From contig NC_068988.1 in NCBI RefSeq assembly GCF_001194135.2, positions 14,536,144 through 14,568,255 of the forward strand: a stretch of 32,112 bases of DNA, in the 5' to 3' direction. The notes below the pieces were generated by a model. That model saw nothing but the letters and a program-made list of their open reading frames with translations, was not told where the DNA came from and did no database searches. Origin of the DNA: Octopus bimaculoides. Its lineage: Eukaryota. The position numbers were made by a program, and so were the translations under genes. Shown here in pieces: positions 21,817 to 32,003 of the stretch (its first letter is position 1; every line of letters begins with the position of its first letter).

Positions 21817-22105
21817 CAGGCGTTCTCAATCGGGGTCCATATAAGATTTTGGGAGTCCATGGATGCAATATAGTAAATTGAGGATCCATGGTTCTTTTTC
21901 AGCGACCATAAAAAACTGTGCTTCAGACCAGTAAAGTTTACATGCAATAAATTGGTTTTCTTTCCACAATGCACAAATTATTTTAAGAATTTTTATGTCC
22001 TTATAATTATAAAAATACAGTAGCATTTTTTAAACATCGAATGGCTATGAGGGTCTACTTAAATAAAATAGGATTCAAAGGTAAAAAAATAGTTGAGAAC
22101 CCCTG
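21817..22105. mobile_element. hAT (Charlie-like) MITE, 289 bp
   Basis: TIRs CAGGCGTTCTCAA and TTGAGAACCCCTG. The right flank CTTTAGAA resembles the Charlie target consensus; the left 8-bp TSD is not preserved (poly-A). Confidence 0.78.
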
Positions 22106-22689
22106 CTTTAGAAGGATATATTAGATACGTGTCTCTATAGAGGCCTACCATAAACTGGGTGGTCATGGTGTACGTTGAAACACAAGTGTTTCAATGTACA
22201 CTATTTTATATTGAGAATATGTTGTCTATTGACTTTTTATACATGCTAGGCCACTGGTAGGGAAATTTCTAAAAAAAAAACACTACCCTATATATATATT
22301 TTATATACATACATACATACATACATACATATGTACATATATACATACATACATACATACGTATAAACTTCAGGACATGAAGTGACACATATTCCGAGTA
22401 GGTTATCAGGATTTCATCTACATCGATTTAAGAATCTCACAATCTCCGTTTAACCTTTTAGGCACTTCGATTAGATACTTAAATTAGTTTTTGGACACTT
22501 CGATTACAAATTTGTTTTTCTTTTTTCTGTTCGTAATAATACTTTTATTTCCCTATTGAAGTGACTATTATATTTTTGAGATTGATCAATTTGGTTAGTC
22601 TATACTTTTCATTTCTTCATAAGAAGAAGAGACTTGCTCTTAGCTATTTCAAGGCTATCATAATTAAAATGTATCATAGTATTTAATCT

Positions 22690-23751
22690 TTTTGGTCATC
22701 TCATAAATAGTGCGGTTATTTTCTTTTCTTTTTCAAAATTAAGATAAACAAATTTCATTTTTAATCTAAAATATACTCTCCTTCATTTTCTACAGTGTTC
22801 TTCCATCTATCTAGTAGACTTACAAGGATCCTTTTCCAAAATTCACTTGTCCGTGACGAAAAGTACTCCTTCAGCATTCTTCTGACCTCGTCTACAGAAT
22901 TCATATTTTTCCCGTCCAAATGATTTTGAAGACTGCGAAATAAATGATAATCAGATGGGGCAATGTCCGGCGAATATGGTGGGTGGGACATCGTTTCCCA
23001 TTCAAACTGCTCCAGCCTTTGGAACGTCATCTTTGCTGTATATGGCTGAGCATTATCCTGACGGAAGAACACCTTTCATCTTGAAACCAAAGATGGCCGT
23101 TTTTTCTGTTCGCGCTGACTTAAGCCGCTCAAGCTGCTTACAGTATATCTCTTTTGTTCTCGTTTGGTTTGGGTTTAAAAGTTCAAAGTGGACTAAACCT
23201 TTCGTATTCCACCAAACATGTAACAACACCTTACGTCGGTGAAGCCCTTCATTAGCCTGCAGTGCCAGTGTTTCTCTTTTCCTTCCCCGCTGTCTTCGGC
23301 GTTTGACATTTTTTATAGAGAACCCATTTCTCGTCACCAGTCACTATTTGGTCCAAAAAAGATTCATTCATAAGACATGACAGCAAAGAAGAGCACACAT
23401 TCACTCTCTGCTCGGGATTAAACTCGGAAAGTTTGTGAGGAACCCATTAACCCAATTTACTGACTTTTCCGATGGCACGCAAGTGTCGATGAATGGTTAA
23501 ATGACCAAATCCAAGCTTCTCTGCTCAACAGTTACAATGGGATTCCGTTGCACCATGGTTTGCAGGACGTCCTCCCTAGATCTTCTAGGACGTCTTCTAG
23601 GCTGTAGTTTCTGGAACCACCGTTGACACTGGCTTACACTTATTGTCCTATCCCCATATACAACATTTAATGTTCCTCGCACTTTACGTTGCGTTGTTTC
23701 CTTTATTGAATTCATAAAGCAAAATATGCCGATTATGCTGCTTTGTCACAT
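22690..23751 (-). pseudogene. Decayed mariner element / transposase pseudogene (D34D), a different family from 12576
   Basis: Reverse translation KQHNRHILLYEFNKGNNAT, VYGDRTISVSQCQRWFQK, GLHRRKVLLHVWWNTKGLVHFELL, FRQDNAQPY-(D34D)-YSPDIAPSDYHLF, ending EGEYILD*. TIR-like ttggtcatctcataaatagtgcggtt at ~22690; other TIR not found. Confidence 0.9.
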
Positions 23752-23984
23752 AGAAGGAGCTTTATAATATAAAAATTACCGATCCCCCATATTTAGCATA
23801 CGTATAGTTTAAGAAAACAGAATGTATACTTCAAAGCCAGGAGAAACAAAATTGCGACAAGAGATAACAAGCGGTAGATACGTATTTCACAATAATTGCA
23901 GCTTATCAATACTGCACGCACGAGTCACTTCCGAATGGCAGATTTTCAATGGTACTGCACAAATAAAATAAATTCTTGGTTGTA

Positions 23985-24330
23985 TTCTGTTTCATGATAT
24001 GCTTCTGATAGTGTTTGATAGAAAGACAGAAAGACTTAAGCTCTGTGTGGCAATCAAAAATTTCCCGTGGTCAGCTTTGAGTTCAATACTTCTCAATCAG
24101 TGCCGAGAGTGTTTTTCCATTTCTTTATTTATTTCTACCGTCTCCGGTCTTGGCAGATATTTGCCTTACAGAGTAGTTATTTGTCAATATCTCAACGTAT
24201 TTTCTTATCCAATATTCTCTTTAACTTTTAGTACTTTGGTATCTTCTTTAATGGTTTCTCCATTCTACATACTGCTGTCTCTTATCTAAGCTTGTTTCAG
24301 ATTTTTTGGCTTCTTAAAAGATAGAAAACA
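23985..24330 (-). mobile_element. R4/Dong-type LINE fragment (region before the zinc knuckle)
   Basis: Reverse GKYLPR...EINKE...LRSIELKA...KFLIA...YQKHIMKQNT; homologous to the 17085-17520 fragment. Confidence 0.7.
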
Positions 24331-24499
24331 GTTTCTATTTTTTGTTTGTTCAGTTTTGCTTTTCGTAACAATTTTTCCTTAGTTTTCAGTTGATACTTAT
24401 TTTCATACTCCTGCTATAGGTAATATCATGATAACATTTTAGTTGAAGAAAATCCCTTACACCCCATATAAATATATACATATTATTTTTTTTTATAGC

Positions 24500-24936
24500 A
24501 TTACTGAGCTCAGCTTTGCAAATCTTGGATATGTGCAGAGATTTATTTTCTTTATAGTTTTGTATTTTCTATTGTACTATCGGTACATTAAGTGATATGT
24601 GTTCAGTGCCTAGTAATAGCATTTTATGTATTTTGTGCATATATAGAAGCCTTGAGGTTTTGGTTATGTATTTTTATTTCTTTATTTTTGTGCATATCTT
24701 CAAGTAATTCCCGAGGCGCCTATTGGTTTAGGAATTGTTTTGCTTTCAGTCCCTTCATTTTATAATAGTTTTCTCTCTTTCCAATTCTTTATATTTGGGT
24801 AATTTTTCCATTTCTCTTAGAAATACCAAGTGGTTTCTGGTTCATTCCCACTGCGCGGCACCTTGGACAAGTTTTCTTTTCTGCTCTAGCTCCAGGCTGA
24901 CCAAAGTCTTACAAGTGGATTTATTTGATGATATAT

Positions 24937-24995
<59 letters not shown>

Positions 24996-25410
24996 GTACC
25001 TTCGTGTTTTTGTTTGTCACACACACCTACGCGCACACAGCTTAACAAGCAGAGTCGCTTTAAGTCCACCACCCCATTAACTTAACGGTTCGATAACAGA
25101 ACTGATAGAATATATACAACACTCAAAAAATATAAATTCGTAATGAGGTCAATCCATTCGCCAAAACCCTTCAAGGCGGCACCCCAGCATGGCCGCAGTC
25201 CAGTGACTGAAACAAATAAAAGTGAGATGAGATATCTTGCTCTCATCTGTGACTGATGCTAGATTAGGATGCAAATCTTGTCCTGGAAGTACCTGATCAC
25301 GAACCAAACTGCTTTGATCTCCCTGTCTAAGTCGATTGCCAGATCCCAGAAAATACGCGTTTTAACTGGTCCTTTCTCATATGTATGGCTATACCATCTC
25401 TTTTTCTACT
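24500..25410 (-). mobile_element. R4/Dong-type LINE 3' part, interrupted by a SINE at 24828-25222
   Basis: 25410->25230 gives KRWY.H..EK...IFWD...DREIKA..VVRD..ICILI. 24828->24500 gives VFLREMEKLPKYKELE...GLKAKTIP...GASG...KYITKTSRLLYMHKIHKMLLLGTEHI...Q*. Confidence 0.75.
24828..25222 (+). mobile_element. Two-part SINE (9524 family) with an internal (TAGA)n tract
   Basis: ggttcattcccactgcgcggcaccttggacaag...ccaaagtcttacaagtggattt, then (taga)n, then ...ccccattaacttaacggttcg...cttcaaggcggcaccccagcatggccgcagtccagtgactgaaacaaataaaag. Confidence 0.85.
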
Positions 25411-25424
25411 AATATGTAATAAGG

Positions 25425-25672
25425 AAAAAGTTTCTTGGCGAGTCATATAAACTCATACAACTGGTTTCCCGGTTTCAATGGCGTATATATTCTCCGCTGG
25501 ACGGGGCGCCGATCCATCGCAGCATTACTCATTTTTGCCAGTAGAGTGGACTGGAGCAACGTGAAATGAAGTGTTTTGCTCAAAAGCACAACGCGTCGCC
25601 CAGTCCAGGAATCGAAACTACAATCTTACGATCATGAGTCCAACACCCTAACCATTAAGCCACGTACCTCCA
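25425..25672 (-). mobile_element. tRNA-derived SINE with a V-domain-like central segment
   Basis: Reverse strand has A-box tggcttaatgg, B-box gtttcgattcc, then ttgagcaaaacactt...gctgcgatggatcggcgccccgtccag...gaaaccgggaaacc. The V-domain resemblance is from memory. Confidence 0.8.
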
Positions 25673-25982
25673 TTCTTTTTCTACTTGTATTTCATAATGC
25701 TGGTATTATTTTCAGTGAATAAACGCCCTGTATCTACCATGACTAAACGTATTCTATTGACTAAGACAAAGCAGAGTTAGAAACATGGTCGCTTCTGTAC
25801 AATCTCTCCAAATATGCTGATATTATTCAATGTTATTCTGCTTCATTATGTGTAACAAATGATTTTGTGCCGCAACCAAGAATTCTATAGTCTCCGGTTT
25901 CCGTCTGGCACTTCTCAGTACTTTTCTTTTTTTTTTCACTGTTCAATATTTCTCATATCATTATTTCCTTTTTTTACATTAT

Positions 25983-26192
25983 TAAGGCGGTGAGCTGGCA
26001 GAACCGTTAACATATCGGGAAACTTGCTTAGCGGCATTTCGACCTTTACGTTCTGAGTTTAAATTCCGCCGAGATCGACTTTGTCTTTCATCCATCCGGG
26101 GTTGATAAATTAAGTACCAGTGAAACACTGGGGTCAATGTAATCGACTAGCCCTTACCTCAAAATTGCTGCCATTGTGGCAAAATTTGAAAC

Positions 26193-26250
<58 letters not shown>
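25983..26250 (+). mobile_element. Full-length tRNA-derived SINE (6180 family) with a (TTA)n tail
   Basis: Head taaggcggtgagctggcagaaccgtt, B-box gagtttaaattcc, central domain ctttcatccatccggggttgataaattaagtaccag, tail 26193-26250. Confidence 0.9.
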
Positions 26251-26253
<3 letters not shown>

Positions 26254-26429
26254 TAGTCTTTATCTCGAGTTTTCACTGCACTACCTAGCGCAGCTCTATG
26301 TGTCTTGTGTATATGCTGTGGTTCGTTGTGATGCTCTTATTTTCACAGTGTTGAGAATGTTTTACGTAGAGTGCGTGCGGTGCCTAGTAGTGCTTATCAT
26401 TATTATTATTATTTCTCTCTTTTTTTTTT

Positions 26430-26953
26430 TTGACACTGGGGTAAAATATAGGAAACCCATTATACCCATCATGACTACCTGTCTGATAAGGGTACACCAG
26501 ACACATGCATCACAACCATATGTGCGCAACATGATCTCATATCAAAATAAACAGCGCATGACCTCGCAGGTGGGGCCCAGTTAGAATTTTTTTCAGGTCG
26601 AGTAGCCCATCCCGCTCAAAAGGTCCCTGAATAAGGTTTGTTTAAGGATGTTGAGCAAAACACCCATGTTTCCAAAGGTGCATTATTCAAACCCCAAAGA
26701 ATTCCTCTCAACACATGGCTATGATGCTCCCCCACTACTTCTGCTCATGATCAGCGATGCACTTATCGTCAGCCTCTAAGGGACATGTTCAATTAGTTAA
26801 GGACAAACAACTGACAAGCAAATCTGTGATATTAAGCAGAATATTTGCTGTAGCCCATCTTTTTATACCAAGACAAAACAATGTACATGATAACACTTCC
26901 AATCAATTAAGATCAGAAGCCATGAGAGGCACTGCCTGGTACTGCATCCGGGC

Positions 26954-26958
<5 letters not shown>
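26430..26958 (-). repeat. Unclassified ~530-bp non-coding interspersed repeat abutting an (AAT)n array
   Basis: Complex, GC-richer than background, no convincing ORF; begins AATGCCC directly after (AAT)n on the minus strand. It resembles a high-copy octopus repeat from memory (unverified). Confidence 0.5.
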
Positions 26959-27010
<52 letters not shown>

Positions 27011-27500
27011 NNNNNNNNNNNNNNNNNNNNNNNNNNNNNNNNNNNNNNNNNNNNNNNNNNNNNNNNNNNNNNNNNNNNNNNNNNNNNNNNNNNNNNNNNN
27101 NNNNNNNNNNNNNNNNNNNNNNNNNNNNNNNNNNNNNNNNNNNNNNNNNNNNNNNNNNNNNNNNNNNNNNNNNNNNNNNNNNNNNNNNNNNNNNNNNNNN
27201 NNNNNNNNNNNNNNNNNNNNNNNNNNNNNNNNNNNNNNNNNNNNNNNNNNNNNNNNNNNNNNNNNNNNNNNNNNNNNNNNNNNNNNNNNNNNNNNNNNNN
27301 NNNNNNNNNNNNNNNNNNNNNNNNNNNNNNNNNNNNNNNNNNNNNNNNNNNNNNNNNNNNNNNNNNNNNNNNNNNNNNNNNNNNNNNNNNNNNNNNNNNN
27401 NNNNNNNNNNNNNNNNNNNNNNNNNNNNNNNNNNNNNNNNNNNNNNNNNNNNNNNNNNNNNNNNNNNNNNNNNNNNNNNNNNNNNNNNNNNNNNNNNNNN

Positions 27501-27833
27501 GAACGGAACAGCCTGCTCGTGAAATTAACGTGCAAGTGTCTGAGCGCTCCACAGACACGTGTACCCTTAACGTAGTTCTCAGGGAGATTCAGCGTGACAC
27601 AGTGTGACAAGGCTGACCCTTTGAATTACAGGCACAACAGAAACAGGAAGTAAGAGTGAGAGAAAGTTGTGGTGGAAGAGTGCAGCAGGGTTCGCCACCA
27701 TCCCCTGCCGGAGCCTCGTGGAGCTTTAGGTGTTTTCGCTCAATAAACACTCACAACGCCCGGTCTGGGAATCGAAACCGCGATCCTATGACCGCGAGTC
27801 CGCTGCCCTAACCACTAGGCCATTGCGCCTCCA
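27501..27833 (-). mobile_element. tRNA-derived SINE (fourth family), young-looking head
   Basis: Reverse strand GGAGGCGCAATGGCCTAGTGGTTAGGGCAGCGGACTCGCGGTCATAGGATCGCGGTTTCGATTCCCAGACC with clear A and B boxes, then gtgtttattgagcgaaaacacctaaagctcc...; 3' end lost in the gap. Confidence 0.88.
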
Positions 27834-27849
27834 CTTGATGATGATAAAT

Positions 27850-28040
27850 CTCTTTTAAATCTCAAGAATCTTCCTTAGGTTTCTGGCAGAATACAGAATG
27901 GTATTTTTCTGCAGGTCAACAGTGATTGCTCCAATATCCTTCAGCCTCTTTGGTAGCTTTTTGTGTTCTGTACTGGATGCACCAATTACTGCAGGAGTAA
28001 TTTTTACATTTGCGTAAATTTGCCGCCCTTGTGCCAAAAT
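27850..28040 (-). mobile_element. R4/Dong-type LINE extreme 3' end (divergent subfamily)
   Basis: ORF 27855-28037 gives VKITPAVIGASSTEHKKLPKRLKDIGAITVDLQKNTILYSARNLRKILEI*, matching the REL-LINE C-terminal pattern P.VIGALG...LQK..L...ARILRK.L*. Confidence 0.78.
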
Positions 28041-28049
28041 AAAAAAGAA

Positions 28050-28180
28050 TTTTTACTACAGTGCACCCTTCTGTGTGTCTTGGGTATGAGCTGTGGTTTG
28101 TTTTAGTGCTATTTTCACTGTCTTGATAATGCTATCATAGAAAGCGTACGGTACCGAGCAGTGCTATTTCTTGTATGTTG

Positions 28181-28213
<33 letters not shown>

Positions 28214-28308
28214 GTGAGTCTCGGAGTTTTGGTTATGTATTTATCTGTATGTCTTTAACCATACCTAATGCACCTTTTATTATAGGGGAANNNNNNNNNN
28301 GGGCTCCA

Positions 28309-28310
<2 letters not shown>
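28050..28310 (-). mobile_element. 5'-truncated R4/Dong-type LINE 3' end starting directly after an (AAT)n array
   Basis: Reverse MWS-[10-N gap]-PIIKGALGMVK..DKYITKTPRLTY-(TA)n-..QEIALLGTVRFL*, then 3' UTR. Confidence 0.8.
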
Positions 28311-28363
<53 letters not shown>

Positions 28364-28364
28364 A

Positions 28365-28421
<57 letters not shown>

Positions 28422-28834
28422 GATATTCGGTGCAATCTGATAAGGAACTAATTTTTGGTTGTTTCTGACAGCTCTGAAAATTGTGGATAATTTTCACAGT
28501 TTCACCGCGAATAAAATTGTTTTCTTCAGTAAGGTTATCACACAAAAAAAAAAGATATCCTCAAAAAATGGAGTTTATTCTTAACCAACATAAACGAAGA
28601 AGGTGAATGTTCGTAGATGTTTTTTTTCTTTTCTTCTCCTTTTTTTTTTTTTTTTGTTGCTTCTCTCCTCGGAAATTTTGTAAACAATGGCTTCCACATA
28701 AACAAAAAGAAGATACGCCCCCGAAACACAAAAAGCGAAAGCGAATAACACTCAACATTTACAGAAAATAAATGGAATAAATGGAATGGAAAAGAAATAA
28801 ATGGAAAAGAAATAAATGAAAAAGTTTCTTTATA

Positions 28835-28915
<81 letters not shown>

Positions 28916-29149
28916 TTTGTCACAATATATACCTGTAAAAAATATTGATATAATGAAATAAAAAAGTAATGATTTTATTAACGATAATGGCAGCATATAC
29001 ACAAAAACTTTATCGAGTAATGGTGCTGTCAAATCAGAAATAGTTTATTTATTTTTGTTTTCCAGCGTCTCTAGTTACACACAAAACTTGGATGTGGGTG
29101 ATGTTGCATAAATGAGGTCAGTATGGCAAAGCTGTTTAACCATGAAACA

Positions 29150-30150
29150 TGCTATTTTTCCTGAAAACGTTATCCAAGAGGGGAGAAGAAAAGTATGTAT
29201 CCATATTTGACTCACTAGGGACACACAGACTTTTCAGCATCATTAAAACAGCATCTACAAGCAGTTCCGATTGACGTGTGGAAAACTGTTGTCTCAATTT
29301 ATCGAGGTAAAGCGTGCGGACCTAAATGTGCGTTTGTCAAGAATGAGGACGAAAGAAGCAAACAGACCATTCACTTGGGCCACTGTTCGAGGGGCGATGA
29401 AGTAAATGAGACGGAGTCAAAGGATGTTGATAATAGCTGTTTCTTTGCAACGTCATCAGCTTGCGTCGCATTGTGAGTGAGTAGTTGGTGCTGAGTTCAC
29501 GAAAAAGACATGTATCCAGGCGCTGTTTCAATGGACATACAAGTCTTCAGAACCTCGCGAAAGCCACTATACTATCCTGGAACTGTTCCCAGTCGTGAGC
29601 GAAAAAGGAAAGATGATGGGACAAACAGTGTAAAGTAGAAAGCTAGGTTACTACACGTGTCGCACAAGAGTGGACGGGCGAAGAAGCAAGATGAGACAGC
29701 AATCATACACTTACCCTAGCACTGACGCCATAATATCAGATGCTGCATTACATGGATCAGTATGAAAGGTGCTGGCAGTGAACTTTGGCTCGTCATCATC
29801 TTTGTGCCATAGTACGAGCAGGTGGATAACCAGGAATGGCATGTTATTACCGGATAGGATTTCAATTCGTATTCATTAACCTCGTCGAGAATGCAGAAGG
29901 AAAGGACATGAGACTAGTGGTACAAGGCAGAAAGCCTACATGTTATATGTGTGATAGTAAGAGAACTTTCTTCCCGGAAGAACAGGAAAAGCAGAGAAAA
30001 GAGCAACAACAACAGCAGTAGCAGGTCCCAGAAACTGTTGTATCTACAGCACCAATGGCTGGAATTACGAGGATAGCAGGAAAGCAATCAACTCATCCTA
30101 AATCCCAGAAACAAAAACGTTATGGACCCTCTCACACATCTATAACCATT
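29150..30150 (+). mobile_element. Probable decayed LINE ORF1 (gag-like) remnant
   Basis: GC-richer, complex and stop-riddled. EGKDMRLVVQGRKPTCYMC resembles the V.GR.P.C..C lead-in to a CCHC knuckle of LINE ORF1 proteins, followed by a Q/E/K-rich tail. The knuckle is incomplete. Confidence 0.4.
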
Positions 30151-30643
30151 AGTACCAACCCATCATTACAAGACGCAAGGAGAATGGGAAGATGAAAGGC
30201 AATAATGCTCCCATACCCCTTAATCCCACTCATTCAGTGTAATATGATCCCTGAAGACAGAGAGTGACCTTAAATTCTACAAAGCCCTTGGTTTGCGCCA
30301 TATTGTTTCTGCCAGATAGATTCATAAAGCCTCAAGTCCGACCCTTCACCTTATCTTATTCACTCTCGATAAGTACATTAGTAGCACTTTACATCGGAAC
30401 GAAATTTGAGACTTTTAGACAGAATGGTAATGGATTTGTTCATTAAATATTGAAAATAATTTCATTGCCATTACCAAAATTTCAAGCTTCAGAACGCAAT
30501 TATGAAACCTTTATTCGATATTAGCAAAAATGAGGAGGAGGTAGGAGGAGGAAGGGGAAGAGGAGGAAATAATAATGATGATGATATTAATATTGATCAT
30601 TAACCATAACAATAGAAGCAAGAAACGCAACAATATCAGCAAC

Positions 30644-30738
<95 letters not shown>

Positions 30739-30784
30739 TAATAATAATAACAATAATAATAATAATAATGATAATAGTAATTCT

Positions 30785-31400
30785 TTCATGGGAAGATTAT
30801 CCACAAAGATAACGGGATCAACACTAACTGACCGGATATCATTATCAGTAACCATCAGGAAAGGAAGCGCCTCCTACTTGACGTATAAGTCCAAATAAAA
30901 GGCAAATGTATCTCTTAAAAGAAATGTAGGAATTACCAAAATAGAAGAACTGCAAATAGAGATAACAGGATGTAGGGATTATGATGAAAAACAATATCCC
31001 TATGAAGAGGTCCGTGAGAACAACACTCACTCTATTAAATTTTTAATAATTGCTTATTGTTACTTGCTCGGATGAGACACAAAAACTTCGCACTAGCAAA
31101 TTTTTTTGCCCACTCAAAGCAAAAATTAGAGGAAATTTTGTGTGACAGTTTTTTGTTTTGTTTTGTTTTTTTAATCTTCCAAACAAATAAATCACCAAAA
31201 CTAAAGATATGTACAGCGTACAGGAAATAGCACAATTAGGCAGTGAACGTATATTGTCTCGAGTAATATTTTCTAGAGAAAATACAAATGAAAAAATTAA
31301 ACCAAAACAAAGCGTTTGCATTTATCGCAAGGCTCACAGAGTAGTTTTCTCTATTGCAAAAAGAGCAACTCAAGAATTAAAACTACTGAGTAATTATGAT
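30785..31400 (+). mobile_element. R4/Dong-type LINE 3' part directly after (AAT)n, with a ~140-bp interruption at ~31040-31178
   Basis: INTN*PDIIISNHQERKRLLLDV (PD..D motif), NVSLK...EELQIEIT, then NK*ITKTKDMYSVQEIAQLGSERILSRV and 3' UTR. Confidence 0.78.
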
Positions 31401-31790
31401 TATTATTATTATTGGTTTCATTATCATCATCATCATCCAATTTTGTTTCCATTTCTTGCTGGGTGTCTTCCTGACACTTAGGACAGAGAAACACACTGCA
31501 TATACTGGTAGGCCATTAAAATAAACACACCAGATTGTTCATTTACAAAGTCATGTGACAAAGAAAAAGTGGAAGAAAGACAGAGAGAAAAAGGAAAAAT
31601 ATTTAAAAAAGTAAACAGAGAAAATGAAGGAAGGAAAAGGGAAAGAAAATTCACAGCAACAATGCACTTCTCAGTACCTATGAAGTACCAGTTTCAGACA
31701 ACCTTTTGCACTTCCTTCAGGATGGTAAGGCCAGGGATCATTCTTAAATCATCTTCAGTTCCTTCTTTGACCATTCCAAGTAAATCATGA
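31400..31790 (-). mobile_element. R4/Dong-type LINE 3' end (another subfamily) with a (GAT)/(AAT) tail
   Basis: Reverse LGMVKEGTEDDLRMIPGLTILKEVQKVV..TGTS*VLRSAL, then 3' UTR ending in gatgatgat...aataataat at ~31400-31440. Confidence 0.75.
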
Positions 31791-31919
31791 CTTACAATTT
31801 TTGTAAGAGAGAAAGCAACTCCTTAAGCCTTGAGATAAATGTAATCGTTTTGTTTTGGTTTGGTATTTTTCATTTGTATTTTTTATTACTCTAGACAATA
31901 TACGTGCAGTACCTAATTG

Positions 31920-31922
<3 letters not shown>
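31790..31922 (-). mobile_element. Very short R4/Dong-type 3' end directly after (AAT)n; inverted relative to 31225-31365
   Basis: Reverse TQLGTARILSRV plus UTR aaatacaaatgaaaaataccaaaccaaaacaaaacgattacatttatctcaaggct, highly similar to the + copy at 31225-31365. Confidence 0.8.

Positions 31923-32003
<81 letters not shown>

Noticed and set aside
23445-23500. TTAA-CCC...GG-TTAA, a possible tiny piggyBac-like insertion inside the third mariner; similar TTAACCCT starts at ~9500 and ~12227
   Set aside because: TIR match too short or the partner end is missing; cannot be supported by eye.
27760-27833. tRNA-like sequences with A and B boxes (also near 25600-25672, 9524-9590 and 6320-6399)
   Set aside because: Each continues into a SINE body and lacks a complete cloverleaf; these are SINE heads, not tRNA genes.
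1969-28545. Long ORFs in the supplied track (e.g. 8114-9196, 8204-9343, 9500-10183, 13834-14427, 19638-20165, 26757-27575)
   Set aside because: They are open only because they run through N-gaps or microsatellites (poly-YI, VC, HT, I, N, L translations); no protein signal.
29430-29465. Minus-strand CTGATGA-cgttgcaaa-GAAAC in hammerhead type I order
   Set aside because: No closing G-C pair for stem II, no GUH after GAAAC and no stem I; likely chance within the LINE-like block.
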